Assembly: GCA_963662615.2 (NCBI GenBank)
Contig: CAXXSR010000001.1
Location: forward strand, 160,001-224,000
From: Dehalococcoidia bacterium
GTDB lineage: Bacteria > Chloroflexota > Dehalococcoidia > Bin125
Direction of reading: 5' to 3'
Length of the DNA: 64,000 nt
The number at the start of each line of letters is the position of its first letter. Position 1 is the first letter of the stretch. Position numbers and translations under genes: made by a program. The notes below the pieces were generated by a model that saw nothing but the letters and a program-made list of their open reading frames with translations, was not told the origin of the DNA and made no database searches. This document shows, one piece after another, positions 19,222-29,204 of this stretch.

Positions 19222-19932
19222 ATGTCCGAGCGCCGCACCGCGCCAGCCAGCTTCCTCTCGCGAGCCGGCTTTCCCGGCTACGTCGTCGTGGCAGCGCTCA
19301 TCGCCCTGCTCTTTTTCAGCGCCTGCGGTGGCGACGATTCCGGCGATGCGGCCGCCGCTCCCGCGATCGACTCCACTTCGGCCGGGGCGGAAGTCCCGAC
19401 TGCCGCCGCCGACAGCGCGGCAGTCCCGGCTGACGATGACGGGGCCGCCGCCGCCGCCGCCACGCCTGACGCCGACGCCCCGGTGCCCGCCGAGGCGGGC
19501 CGGCGGCCGCAGACTGGCGAGACTGTATCCGTCCACTATCACGGGACGCTCGATGACGGCGAGGTGTTCGACTCCTCACGTGAGCGAGCGACACCGTTCA
19601 CTTTTGTGGTCGGAGTCGGTAATGTCATCCCAGGGTTCGATGAAGCCGTGCTGGGCCTGGCGATCGGCGAGACGGTCACCGTCCGCATCCCGCCGGCCGA
19701 GGCCTACGGCGAACGCAACCCCGACCTGGTGGCGGAGGTGGCGTGGGACGAGGCCCCGGCGAGCCTCAGCAGCCTGCGCGGGAGCCTCACTGTTGGCGAC
19801 CGCCTCCCGCTAGGCAGCGGCGGAGCGGTCATCGTCGTTGCCCTCACGGACGAGAGCGTCACCCTCGATCAGAATCATCGCTTGGCCGGCCAGGCGCTCA
19901 CGTTTGAGCTCGAGCTTCTCTCGATCGAGTGA
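19222..19932 (+). CDS. FKBP-type peptidyl-prolyl isomerase (SlyD-like), predicted lipoprotein
   Basis: VHYHGTLDDGEVFDSS, VIPGFDEA, AYG, NHRLAGQALTF; FSAC lipobox then Ala/Asp linker. Confidence 0.9.
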   Translation: MSERRTAPASFLSRAGFPGYVVVAALIALLFFSACGGDDSGDAAAAPAIDSTSAGAEVPTAAADSAAVPADDDGAAAAAATPDADAPVPAEAGRRPQTGETVSVHYHGTLDDGEVFDSSRERATPFTFVVGVGNVIPGFDEAVLGLAIGETVTVRIPPAEAYGERNPDLVAEVAWDEAPASLSSLRGSLTVGDRLPLGSGGAVIVVALTDESVTLDQNHRLAGQALTFELELLSIE

Positions 19933-20214
19933 GGCGTTGCCCGTGAGCGCGCGCATGCCCACCCCGCCGCTACTACAGCGCTTGAGAGGGCGACGTCGCG
20001 GCCCTCCTCGGCGTGAGGGGCGGGTGTGGTCACCTCGCTCCCAGCGATTGCGGTGGCTCGCCAGGCAAGGTCGCCCTCCACGCCAATCACTGGGTTCCGA
20101 CGTGGCGGTGTTCAGTGCGACGAGGGACTTTTCAGGGATGACGAACTCAGGGACGATGGATGCTCGGCGGGGAGCCGAGCCGGCAGCACCGCGCTGTCGG
20201 AGGGAGGAGATGCC

Positions 20215-20952
20215 GTGGACGGCGTTCTATCGGATATCAAAGCGCTCACCTTCGACGTTGGCGGCACGGTTTTCGACTGGCACAGCACAATCCGCGACGA
20301 AGTCGCTCGACTCGCTGGGGAGCGTGGGGTCGAGGTCGATGCTCCCAAGCTGACGAATGACTGGCGCTCACGGATGTTCGAGCTGCTCGCCTCCGTGCGC
20401 AGCGGTGATCTCCCCTGGATGAACGCCGATCAAATGCACCGCCGGGCGCTGGACGACATCCTGCCGAACCACCCCACGCTGGCGCTCAGCGCCGCCGCGC
20501 GTGACGATCTCAACCTCGTGTGGCATCGCCTCAGGGTCTGGCCGGACTTCCCGCCCGCTCTCGAGCGATTGCGCAGCCGCTACACGGTCGTGGTGCTGAC
20601 AATACTGAGTTGGTCCATCGCCGTTGACAGCTCCAAGCGTGGCGGGCTCTGGTGGGATGGAATCATCTCCTGTGAGTTCTTGGGGCATTACAAGCCCGAC
20701 CGGGAGGTCTACGAGAATGGCGTCCGCCTCCTGGGCGTCGCTCCCGAGCAGGCCATGATGGTGGCCGCCCACCCAGGCGATCTCCGCGGCGCCAAGGCTG
20801 CCGGGCTGCACACCGCCTACGTCCCGCGACCCGACGAACGCGGACCCGGCACCCTTGCCGGCTTCGATGACCCGGACCTCTCGCCGCAAGCCGACTTCGA
20901 CATCAATGCGCGGGACTTCGCCGACCTGGCGCGGCGTCTGGTGGGCGGATAG
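20215..20952 (+). CDS. haloacid dehalogenase type II (HAD)
   Basis: FDVGGTVFDW, YKPD, MMVAAHPGDL; GTG after GGAGGAG. Confidence 0.88.
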   Translation: MDGVLSDIKALTFDVGGTVFDWHSTIRDEVARLAGERGVEVDAPKLTNDWRSRMFELLASVRSGDLPWMNADQMHRRALDDILPNHPTLALSAAARDDLNLVWHRLRVWPDFPPALERLRSRYTVVVLTILSWSIAVDSSKRGGLWWDGIISCEFLGHYKPDREVYENGVRLLGVAPEQAMMVAAHPGDLRGAKAAGLHTAYVPRPDERGPGTLAGFDDPDLSPQADFDINARDFADLARRLVGG

Positions 20953-20978
20953 ATGGGGACCCCGCGGAGGAGAGCCGG

Positions 20979-21971
20979 ATGAACGCGCTGCCCCTCGACG
21001 TCGTTGGCGTGGGAAACGCCATCGTCGATGTGATCGCTGCGGCGGCGGACTCCGAGCTGCGGCGGCTCGGGCTCGAAAAGGGCGCGATGCAGTTGATCGA
21101 TTCGGCTCGCGTACACGAGCTGTACGAGCGGATGGCTGCCGGGGTCGAAGTCTCCGGCGGCTCCGCCGCCAATACGCTTGCCGGCATCGCCTCACTGGGC
21201 GGCAGGGCAGCCTTTATTGGCAAGGTCCGAGATGATCAGTTCGGCGAGGTGTTCAGCCACGACCTCCAGGCCGCCGGCGTCGAATGCCGCACACGCCCCG
21301 CGACGGCTGGAGCGCCGACCGGGCGTAGCCTCATCTTCGTGACGCCCGACGCGCAGCGCACCATGCAGACCTACCTCGGCGTGAGCGGGGAACTCGGCCC
21401 GGACGACATCGATCCGGAGGTCATTGGCCGGGCCCGCATCACCTATCTGGAGGGCTACTTGTTCGATAAGGACGAGGCCAAGGATGCGTTCATCAAGGCG
21501 GCGGAGATCGCCCATGCCGCCGGACGCAAGGTGGCGCTGTCCCTGTCCGATCGGCTCTGCGTCGATCGCCACCGCGCCTCGTTCCAGGATCTGGTCTCGC
21601 GGCACGTTGACATCCTGTTCGCCAACGAGGCCGAGATCACGGCTCTGTTCGAGGTCCGGGACTTCGACGCCGCGACGCACGAGATCCAGGGCCACTGCGC
21701 GATGGCGGCGCTCACCCGCGGGGCGGAGGGCGCGACCATCGTCACCGCCGAGTCCAGCATCGCCATCGCCGCCACGCCTGTGGCGCGGGTGATCGACACC
21801 ACCGGCGCGGGCGACCTCTTCGCCGCGGGAGTGCTCTACGGGCTCAGCCAACGCCTGGAACTCGCCGCCTGCGGGCGCATTGGCAGCATGGCCGCCGCCG
21901 AGATCATCAGCCATTACGGCGCCCGGCCTGAAACTTCACTCGCCACACTGCTGGCTCAGGAGAGCGGCTGA
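20979..21971 (+). CDS. PfkB family carbohydrate/adenosine kinase
   Basis: GNAIVD, SGGSAANT, FANEAE, DTTGAGD. Confidence 0.92.
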   Translation: MNALPLDVVGVGNAIVDVIAAAADSELRRLGLEKGAMQLIDSARVHELYERMAAGVEVSGGSAANTLAGIASLGGRAAFIGKVRDDQFGEVFSHDLQAAGVECRTRPATAGAPTGRSLIFVTPDAQRTMQTYLGVSGELGPDDIDPEVIGRARITYLEGYLFDKDEAKDAFIKAAEIAHAAGRKVALSLSDRLCVDRHRASFQDLVSRHVDILFANEAEITALFEVRDFDAATHEIQGHCAMAALTRGAEGATIVTAESSIAIAATPVARVIDTTGAGDLFAAGVLYGLSQRLELAACGRIGSMAAAEIISHYGARPETSLATLLAQESG

Positions 21972-22185
21972 GTTCGTAATGGCGAGCCGCCGCGACCGTC
22001 GCCGTGTTCGAGGATCCGGTGGCGCGTGTCGCGGCCCTCGCAATCTGCCCCGGTGCAGGCGAACTAGACGTCAGGACGCTCTAGGGCCGCTTTCTGATCG
22101 ACGACACGAATCGGCAGATCGGGCACGCCGTGGTGATGGTGCGCTGGGAGAGCTGGCCTCGCGGCCGGCTGAACGGATCGATGGA

Positions 22186-23622
22186 CTAGACAGCCGGCCG
22201 GGAGAGCATGTGGGGCTCCACTCGGCGGGGGAGCCAGCTGCCGTCAAGAGGGCTGCCAACCAAGGCTCCGTCCTCCACAATGACCTTGCCCCGCAGCACG
22301 GTGACGACCGGATAGCCCCGGCAGGCGAAGCCCTCCCAGATGCTGTAGTCCGAGTCCGCGTGCAGATTGTCCAGTGTGATCGTTCTTTCGAGGCTGGGAT
22401 CGATCATGACGAAGTCGGCGTCGCTGCCGGGCAAGATCGCACCCTTGCGCGGGTAGAGCCCCAGGATCTTCGCCGCGTTCGTGGCGATGACGTCGGCAAA
22501 CCGCTGGAGGGGCATCCCACGTTCTTGGACGAGCTTGGTGAAGGCGACAGGAACGCGCGTCTCGATCCCGTTGTGACCACCGCAGACCGAATCAAGCGTC
22601 TGCCCCCAGAGCTTCACGTCTTTCGAGGTGGTGTACTCGTCCGTCGCGGTGGTGGCAAGCCGCCCGTCCATGAGCCCGGCGATCAGCGCCTCGCGGTCGG
22701 CCGCTGACTTGAGGGCGGGATAGGTATGGATCGCCGTTCCGCCCGGCCGTTTGTAATCGTCCCCCGTGAAGTGGAGGTAGTGGTGCAGCGCTTCGCCGTA
22801 CACGGGGAGGCCTTGATCGCGCGCCTCGGCGATGGCCTCGACTCCCTCCTTCGCCGTCGTATGGACGAAATAGATGCCGACGCCTGCCCGCTTCGCCATG
22901 CGGATCACGGTCCGGAAGGCGACGTCCTCGGAGAGGTTGCTGTGGACCAGCGGCAAATTGTAGCCCTGATCGCGGCCCTCCCGCTTGAGCTTCTCGCGCG
23001 TGTAGCGAACGATCTCGTCCTCCTCAGCGTGGACGGCCATGATGCCGCCCGACCTCGCGACCTCTTCGAAGACAGCGCTGAGGTGGCCGTAGGGCACCCG
23101 AGTCGGGCCAAACGTCGTGAAGACCTTGAAGCTCGCGACGCCCTCCTGCACCGCCTCCCCGATCTCCCCCAGGGTCGTTGGCGGCACCTCGCCGGTCAGG
23201 ATGGCGTGAAAGGTGAAGTCCGTGTGGCAGTGACCGGCGAAGTGCGCCTTCCGATCATCGATGCGCTCCATGATCGACGGCGCCGACGCTTCTCCATCGC
23301 GGCGCTCCCGCGGCCAGGCGAAATCGACGATGGTGGTGACGCCGCCGAACGCCGCCGCGCGACTGGCGCCCTCCGTGCCCTGCGTGAAAACGTCGGGCCG
23401 GCCGGCCCACTCGATTCGGACGCGATGCGCGATATGCGCATGGGGCTCGATCCCACCCGGGAAGACGATCTTGCCCGTGGCGTCAATGACGCGCGCCGCG
23501 TCGTCGTCCAAGGAGCCGCGCGCGGCAAGCGCGACGATCGTTTCGCCGACAACGCCGATATCGAGGGGCGCGACGGTCTCCGGAGTGACGACCTCCCCAC
23601 CGCGGATGATCAGGTCCAGCAG
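22186..23622 (-). CDS. dihydropyrimidinase/hydantoinase-like amidohydrolase
   Basis: In-frame N-terminus LLDLIIRGGEVV from a CTG after GAGGT; PGGIEPHAH, GGVTT, SFKVF, HAEE, NAAKILGLYPRKG. Confidence 0.88.
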   Translation of the reverse strand: MLDLIIRGGEVVTPETVAPLDIGVVGETIVALAARGSLDDDAARVIDATGKIVFPGGIEPHAHIAHRVRIEWAGRPDVFTQGTEGASRAAAFGGVTTIVDFAWPRERRDGEASAPSIMERIDDRKAHFAGHCHTDFTFHAILTGEVPPTTLGEIGEAVQEGVASFKVFTTFGPTRVPYGHLSAVFEEVARSGGIMAVHAEEDEIVRYTREKLKREGRDQGYNLPLVHSNLSEDVAFRTVIRMAKRAGVGIYFVHTTAKEGVEAIAEARDQGLPVYGEALHHYLHFTGDDYKRPGGTAIHTYPALKSAADREALIAGLMDGRLATTATDEYTTSKDVKLWGQTLDSVCGGHNGIETRVPVAFTKLVQERGMPLQRFADVIATNAAKILGLYPRKGAILPGSDADFVMIDPSLERTITLDNLHADSDYSIWEGFACRGYPVVTVLRGKVIVEDGALVGSPLDGSWLPRRVEPHMLSRPAV

Positions 23623-23704
23623 CTGCGCACCTCACATCCGCGTCGTCGCGGTCCGGCACCGCGTCGCTGGGCCGAAGGATAGACCCCTCGACAAGAGCGA
23701 GGGG

Positions 23705-25291
23705 TCACGTGGCGGGACGTCCGCGCCGCAACGCCCGCCCCGGCAGCGCGCCGGTGTTTTTGCCCTGGTCGATCACGAGCTGCCCGTTCACGATCACGTA
23801 CTCGATGCCCTGCGGGAACTGGCGCGGGTCCGAGCGAGACGCGGGGGCGTGGACGGTCTCGGCATCGAAGACGACGACGTCGGCGCGAAACCCGTCGCGC
23901 AGCAGGCCGCGGTCGGGCAGGCCCAGGCGCTGGGCCGGGAACGACGTCATCTTGCGGATCGCCTCTTCCAGGGAGAGCGTGCGCTCCCGCCGGACGAAAT
24001 GCCCCAAGACGTGGGGGAAGCAGCCGTAGGTTCGAGGACTGGGATGCGCGCCGAGGAGGATCGCGTCGCTGGCGATCATGCCGTACGGGTGCGCCACGAA
24101 GGCCGGGATCGCCGTTTCCGCGGGGGCGGCGCCGATCCAGGTGAGGCCGAGGTTCTCGGCGAGGATCAGGTCCGCCAGCGCGTCGACCGGATCTTGGTTC
24201 CGCGTGGCGGCAATCTCGGCGATGGTGCGGCCGTCGTATTGGACGTTGTCCGGCTGCGTGAAGTTCGTCAGCCAGCCCAGCTCCCAGCCTTGGCGCGCTG
24301 GCCGGCGGCTGAGTTCCTCCTTAATCCGCGCCCGGTCCGCCGGGCGATCGAGCGCCTGGATGATCCCTTCGGGTCCGCCCTCTTTCGTCCAATCAGGCAG
24401 GAGGATCGTGGCGGTGGTGCTGGCATACGGATAGGGGTAGGCGTCAAAGGTGACGTCCAGGCCGTCGCGGCGGGCGTCCTCCACGAGTTCCAGATAGGCG
24501 TGGCGACCCGCGGGGCTGTCGGTGGGCTGGTAGTAGTGCGTCAGGTGCACCGGGGCGTCGCTGCGACGCCCGATCTCCAGCGCCTCCTCCCAAGGCAGGA
24601 GTGGGCTTTGCGCCCGCAGGCTGGAGCGCGTGTGCGTATGGTAGAAGCCTCCCGCTCTGCCGCAGACTTCCATCAGCGCCACCAGCTCGTCCGTGCTCGC
24701 GTACGATCCTGGAGGGTAATCGAGGCCCGTGGAGAGCCCCCAGGCGCCCGCCTCCATCGCCTCGCGCACGACGGACTGCATCTCCGCGACTTCCTCCTCG
24801 CTGGCTGGACGGTCGTGCCAGCCCACGGACCAGATGCGGACGGGCGAGCCGCCCAGGATGTGGGCCACGTTGATGGCCACGGTGCGATCGTAGCGGTCGA
24901 GCAGATCGCCCACGGTGAGCCAGTGGGCCGCTTGCGGCGGGTACCCGTTCAGCCCGGCGTTGAGCCAGATGTACCGATCCCGCTCCTCCCGCGAGCGGAA
25001 CGGCGCGTAGGAGATCCCGTCGACGCCGATGAGCTCGGTCGTGACCCCCTGCCGGACCTTCGGATCGTGGTGCGGCTCCCCGAAAATCGTGAACCCGGCA
25101 TGCGAGTGCAGGTCGATGAAGCCGGGGCAGACGACGCGAGCGGAGGCGTCGATGGTGCGGCGGGCCACGATTCCGTCCGCCGTCCCGCGTTGAATCGCTA
25201 CCCGATCGCCGTCCACGAGCACGTGCGCGCGGAAGCCGGGACTCCCGCTCCCGTCGATGATGAGGCCGCCGCGGATCAGCAGATCGACCAT
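23705..25291 (-). CDS. N-acyl-D-amino acid deacylase (D-aminoacylase family)
   Basis: PGFIDLHSH, QGVTTE, GLSTGLDYPPG, HPSPRTYGCF, AIRKMTS. Confidence 0.92.
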   Translation of the reverse strand: MVDLLIRGGLIIDGSGSPGFRAHVLVDGDRVAIQRGTADGIVARRTIDASARVVCPGFIDLHSHAGFTIFGEPHHDPKVRQGVTTELIGVDGISYAPFRSREERDRYIWLNAGLNGYPPQAAHWLTVGDLLDRYDRTVAINVAHILGGSPVRIWSVGWHDRPASEEEVAEMQSVVREAMEAGAWGLSTGLDYPPGSYASTDELVALMEVCGRAGGFYHTHTRSSLRAQSPLLPWEEALEIGRRSDAPVHLTHYYQPTDSPAGRHAYLELVEDARRDGLDVTFDAYPYPYASTTATILLPDWTKEGGPEGIIQALDRPADRARIKEELSRRPARQGWELGWLTNFTQPDNVQYDGRTIAEIAATRNQDPVDALADLILAENLGLTWIGAAPAETAIPAFVAHPYGMIASDAILLGAHPSPRTYGCFPHVLGHFVRRERTLSLEEAIRKMTSFPAQRLGLPDRGLLRDGFRADVVVFDAETVHAPASRSDPRQFPQGIEYVIVNGQLVIDQGKNTGALPGRALRRGRPAT

Positions 25292-25450
25292 GGCACTCTG
25301 GCCCCCTTCGCATGCCCGCCGGGCGAGCCGACACCCGCCGGAGTGTACACGCGCTGCCAGGGACCACGAGCGAATCTGTCGGGGTGTGGCGCGTTGGCCA
25401 TGCTGATCAGCGCCATGCTGACCGGCGGTGCGCCCTCCGCGGTGGAGCTG

Positions 25451-26422
25451 CTAGGCGTTCACCACGTTGACCGGCGCGCCGTCCAGAAACGCCTTCAAGT
25501 TGCCCACAGCGATGTCCAGCAGGCGTTGGCGCGACTCCTTGGCGTACCAGGAGATGTGGGGAGTGATGATGCAGCGAGGTGCGCCAATCAACGGGCTGTC
25601 GGGCGGAGGCGGCTCCGTGTCCAGCACGTCCAAGGCGGCCCCGGCGATCTGCCCGGCCCGCAGGGCGTCGGCCAGCGCCTGCGAGTCCACCAAGGGCCCG
25701 CGACTGGTGTTCAGGAGGATGGCCGTGGGTTTCATCAAGCGCAGGCGTTCCGCGTTCACGAGGCGATCGGTTTCCGGAGTCAAGGGGCAGTGCAGGCTAA
25801 TCACGTCGGCCTCGCGGAAGAGCCGTTCCATCGATGTGTACTGCACGGGCAGGCCGCCGAGCTGCGCCGGAGTCAGCTCGACCGCATCATGGGCGATGAT
25901 ACGCATTCCCATGGCCGCGGCGATGCGAGCAAAGGCCAGGCCTATCCGACCGAGTCCGACCACGCCCAGTGTCTTGTCCGTCAGTTCAATCATGGGGGCA
26001 AGCGCAAAGCACCAATCCTCGCTTGTGCTCCACTCGCCGCGATGCACGGCGTCGCTGTGTATGCCCACGTGCCGGACGAGCTCGAGCATCAAGGCGGTCG
26101 CGTGCTGCGACACGGAGTTCGTGCCATAGGTCGGGATGTTCGTGACGGGGATCCCTCTGCTCTTCGCCGCGCCAACGTCGACGACGTCAAAGCCCGTCGC
26201 CATCACCCCCACGTATCGCAGCTGCGGCAATTCGTCGATCGTGTCGGCGGACAGAGGGGTCTTGTTGGTGAAGACGTAGGGCGCGTCTCTAGCACGCGCG
26301 ACAATCTGGTCGTCCGGAGTACGGTCATACACCGTGAGGTCACCAAAGATCTCCAGCGACTCCCATGACAGGTCCCCTGGGTTGAGCGTGTAACCATCCA
26401 AGACCACGATCGGTTCGGGCAC
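25451..26422 (-). CDS. hprA: glycerate dehydrogenase/hydroxypyruvate reductase (D-2-hydroxyacid dehydrogenase)
   Basis: IVVLDGYTLNPGDLSW, ATGFDVVD, GLGRIG, LHCPLT, NTSRG, ITPHISW. Confidence 0.82.
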   Translation of the reverse strand: MPEPIVVLDGYTLNPGDLSWESLEIFGDLTVYDRTPDDQIVARARDAPYVFTNKTPLSADTIDELPQLRYVGVMATGFDVVDVGAAKSRGIPVTNIPTYGTNSVSQHATALMLELVRHVGIHSDAVHRGEWSTSEDWCFALAPMIELTDKTLGVVGLGRIGLAFARIAAAMGMRIIAHDAVELTPAQLGGLPVQYTSMERLFREADVISLHCPLTPETDRLVNAERLRLMKPTAILLNTSRGPLVDSQALADALRAGQIAGAALDVLDTEPPPPDSPLIGAPRCIITPHISWYAKESRQRLLDIAVGNLKAFLDGAPVNVVNA

Positions 26423-26470
26423 GGTGCGGTCCTTCCATTGCGGCCGACTTCAGCGGGATCGGAGCCACGG

Positions 26471-26746
26471 TCAGCGGCGACCCGAGGGCGTCAGTTGCTC
26501 ATCCCCGCGCGCCAGGGCGGTAGAAATCGTCACAAGCAAGCGCCGCGCCGATTGCGCCGAAAGTTCAACCGCCACCCGCGCTCCCGGCCCGGCGGCCGGG
26601 TTGACGAAATCAAGGCAGAGGGCGTGCTCCATGGTTGCGTGGAAGGGATGGTCGAACGAGACGTTGACTTGTTCGAGCGGGAACCAGCCTTGCGCGCCTT
26701 TCCCGCTTCCAACGATTTCCGCCTTCTCGACGATCATGGTGCACAT
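26471..26746 (-). CDS. DUF6295-like small conserved protein
   Basis: MCTMI...GSGKG..GWF..DHPFHA..EHAL..DF...RVAVEL; GAGGAG RBS. Confidence 0.75.
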   Translation of the reverse strand: MCTMIVEKAEIVGSGKGAQGWFPLEQVNVSFDHPFHATMEHALCLDFVNPAAGPGARVAVELSAQSARRLLVTISTALARGDEQLTPSGRR

Positions 26747-26780
26747 GGACTCTCTCCTCGCCAGGACCCACCGGGCCGCG

Positions 26781-27545
26781 TCAGTCTGACCCGACAAGAT
26801 GTGTCTGGAAGAACGCGAACAGCTTCTGCCAGCCATCCACCGCCTGCTCCTGCCGATACATCGGCCGGTCATAGTAGAAGAAGCCGTGTCCCGCTCCGTC
26901 GTAGATGTGGAACTCGTACGCCTTGCCATGTTTCTTTAACTCCTGCTCGTGCTGCGCGACCTGTTCCGGCGTCGGAGATTGGTCGTCCGCGCCGAAGAGG
27001 CCCAGCAGGGGACAGGAGAGGTCGGCCGTGTAGTCGATGGGAGCGACCGGCTGTTTGGGGCTGAGATCCTCCTGCGCCATCACCACGCGACCGCCCCAGC
27101 AGTCGACCGCCGCGTTGAAGCCCTGCGATCGGGAGGCGGCAAGAACCGTTTGGCGGCCGCCCGAGCAGGTGCCCATCACGCCGACCTTCCCGTTGAGGTA
27201 GGGGAGGGAGCGCAGGAAGCGCATGCTGCCCTCAGCATCGCCGACGACCTGGTCGTCCGGAACACCGCCCTGCGCGCGGACCGCGGCGGCGACGTCCTCG
27301 GGGGTCCCGTGCCCCTCGCGGTGATACAGATTCGGGGAGATGGCCACATAGCCATGGTGGGCGAAGCGGCGCGTCGTCTCCCTGTACCACTCGTCCCAGC
27401 CGGGGATGTGATGGAGGAGAACCACGCCGGGAAACGGCCCGGCGCCCATGGGCCGCGCGAGGTAGGCATAGATCGCATCGCCCCCGTGGCCCGACACGGT
27501 CGTGGTCTCCGCGATCATGCCTTCGTACGAATCGGTTCGGTACAA
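26781..27545 (-). CDS. dienelactone hydrolase family protein
   Basis: GTCSGG nucleophile motif, GADD, GAGHGF; TTG start after GGAGG. Confidence 0.9.
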   Translation of the reverse strand: MYRTDSYEGMIAETTTVSGHGGDAIYAYLARPMGAGPFPGVVLLHHIPGWDEWYRETTRRFAHHGYVAISPNLYHREGHGTPEDVAAAVRAQGGVPDDQVVGDAEGSMRFLRSLPYLNGKVGVMGTCSGGRQTVLAASRSQGFNAAVDCWGGRVVMAQEDLSPKQPVAPIDYTADLSCPLLGLFGADDQSPTPEQVAQHEQELKKHGKAYEFHIYDGAGHGFFYYDRPMYRQEQAVDGWQKLFAFFQTHLVGSD

Positions 27546-27937
27546 ATGGAGCCTCCCTTGCTTGTCCCTTCGATCCGTCCCAACAGGCGGGCAACCGGCG
27601 AGACGCGCCCCAGCCTTCCAAGCGGCGGCCCAGCGCATCCCCCTGCGCCCACGGAGTTCACGGCTCCGTGCGGCTTGCGGTCGCAGGCCGTACCGACTGG
27701 CATTCTAGGCGATGCGATCGTCGATGGAGCGCGTTGTTCCGAGGAGAACTCGCCGCGGGTCCTTTCCACGTCGGACTGGGCGAGTGGCTGCCTGGACCCA
27801 CGGGGTGATCCGCACTGCCCACAGGGAGCGCGGCCAGGAGGGGTAGCGACCCCCAAATGTCAGCGAGAACTCGGGGAGGCGCTCGCCTGTTGGGCGGCGA
27901 CGTAGGTCGAACTGCCCGGGCGACCCGGAGGGCCGCG

Positions 27938-28960
27938 TCAGTTCGGCAGGAAGATGCCCTTGCCGGTCGTCTGGCTGTCGAACAGCTTGTAGGCCTGCTC
28001 GGCCTCCTCCAGCTTGAAGCGGTGGGTCAGCAGCTTGGGCAGCGGCAACTCGTGGTCAATGACGAAGCGGGCGCACTCCGCCTGCCCAACATTGCTGAAG
28101 GTCCATGACCCGTAGATCGTCAGCTGCTTGTGGATGATGTCGGGGCTGATGTCGAACGTGGTCGTGTTCCCCTCGCCCACGAAGCAGACACGGCCCCAGT
28201 GCGCCGCGCTCTTGACGGCGTTGACTCTCGCCTCCGGGTTGCCGGTGCAGTCCAGGGTCGTCTGGGCGCCCTCACCATGAGTCAGATCCTGGATCGCTTT
28301 GACCACGTCTCCTTCGCGCGCGTCCAGGACCACGTCCGCCCCGAAGTCGGCGGCAAGGCTGACACGCTCGGGGACCGGGTCGATGGCGATCACGCGGGCG
28401 CCCATCGCCTTTGCCAACATCGTGGCGCTGAGGCCCACGGGACCTTGACCGAAGATTGCGAGCGTGTCGCGACCGGAGACAGCCAATCGGGACAGGGCGA
28501 CGTACGCCGTGGCCGTGCCGCACGAGATCGACGCCCCCTCCTCGAAGCTCAGCTCGTCCTGAAGCGGGACCAACATGTAGGGGTGCACCAGCATCATTGG
28601 CGCGTGCCCCCCGTTCGCGGTGGACCCGTAGACCTGGTGGCCGTAGAGGCACATCTGCGTGTAGCCGACCTGGCAGTGCTTGCATTCCCCGCAGCCGCTG
28701 TAGTGGTGCACCATGACGCGCCGGCCGATCGGCGCTTCTTCTTCCAGGACGGCCGACCCGCGCGCCAGGACTACGCCGCAGGGCTCGTGGCCGCGCACGA
28801 TGGGACGGAACGCCTCCGTGGGCGCTCGATAGCCCGTCAGGTCGCTGCCGCACATGCCGGACGCCCTGATCTCCACCACCACTTCCCGAGGCCCGGGCGC
28901 CGGATCCGGGAAGTCGCGCAGCTCAAGGTTGCGCTCACCGAGAAAGACAACGCCACGCAT
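27938..28960 (-). CDS. zinc-binding alcohol dehydrogenase (MDR)
   Basis: CGSD, GHE, CGECKHC-x7-C structural Zn, GQGPVG. Confidence 0.92.
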   Translation of the reverse strand: MRGVVFLGERNLELRDFPDPAPGPREVVVEIRASGMCGSDLTGYRAPTEAFRPIVRGHEPCGVVLARGSAVLEEEAPIGRRVMVHHYSGCGECKHCQVGYTQMCLYGHQVYGSTANGGHAPMMLVHPYMLVPLQDELSFEEGASISCGTATAYVALSRLAVSGRDTLAIFGQGPVGLSATMLAKAMGARVIAIDPVPERVSLAADFGADVVLDAREGDVVKAIQDLTHGEGAQTTLDCTGNPEARVNAVKSAAHWGRVCFVGEGNTTTFDISPDIIHKQLTIYGSWTFSNVGQAECARFVIDHELPLPKLLTHRFKLEEAEQAYKLFDSQTTGKGIFLPN

Positions 28961-29070
28961 TTCCTTACTCCCTTTCAGCGCTCCTGGACCGACGACTCGG
29001 CGCGACGGCTACTGGTCGCCAGGCGGACGTCTGCGCACGCTCGCGCTTCGCCCTAGCACACTCGCGGTTC

Positions 29071-29204
29071 CCGGAGATCGAAGCAGGAGAAGGGGCCCGA
29101 ACCCTCTACCCTCTGCCTGGGAAGTCGGAAGCGAGACGCGCTGTGCTTCTCCCTGGAGGGTAGCAGGAAAGGTTGTCGAGTTCGGGTGTGAGATCGCGCC
29201 TCGC
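29071..29204 (-). repeat. tRNA-Gly(CCC)-derived element, copy B (att-like/pseudo-tRNA)
   Basis: Reverse strand contains cttcccaggcagagggtagagggttcgggccccttctcctgct (tRNA 3' part) and the same upstream flank (acaac.tttcctgctaccctcc) as copy A. Confidence 0.85.

Noticed and set aside
23261-26368. 1035-aa plus-strand ORF and similar long antisense ORFs (e.g. 50165-52054, 44863-46554, 39972-41612)
   Set aside because: High-GC shadow frames opposite well-supported genes; no recognisable motifs
27579-27896. Inverted pair cccaacaggcg / cgcctgttggg as attC site or MITE
   Set aside because: About 320 bp apart (too long for attC), no internal symmetry, target duplication or second copy seen
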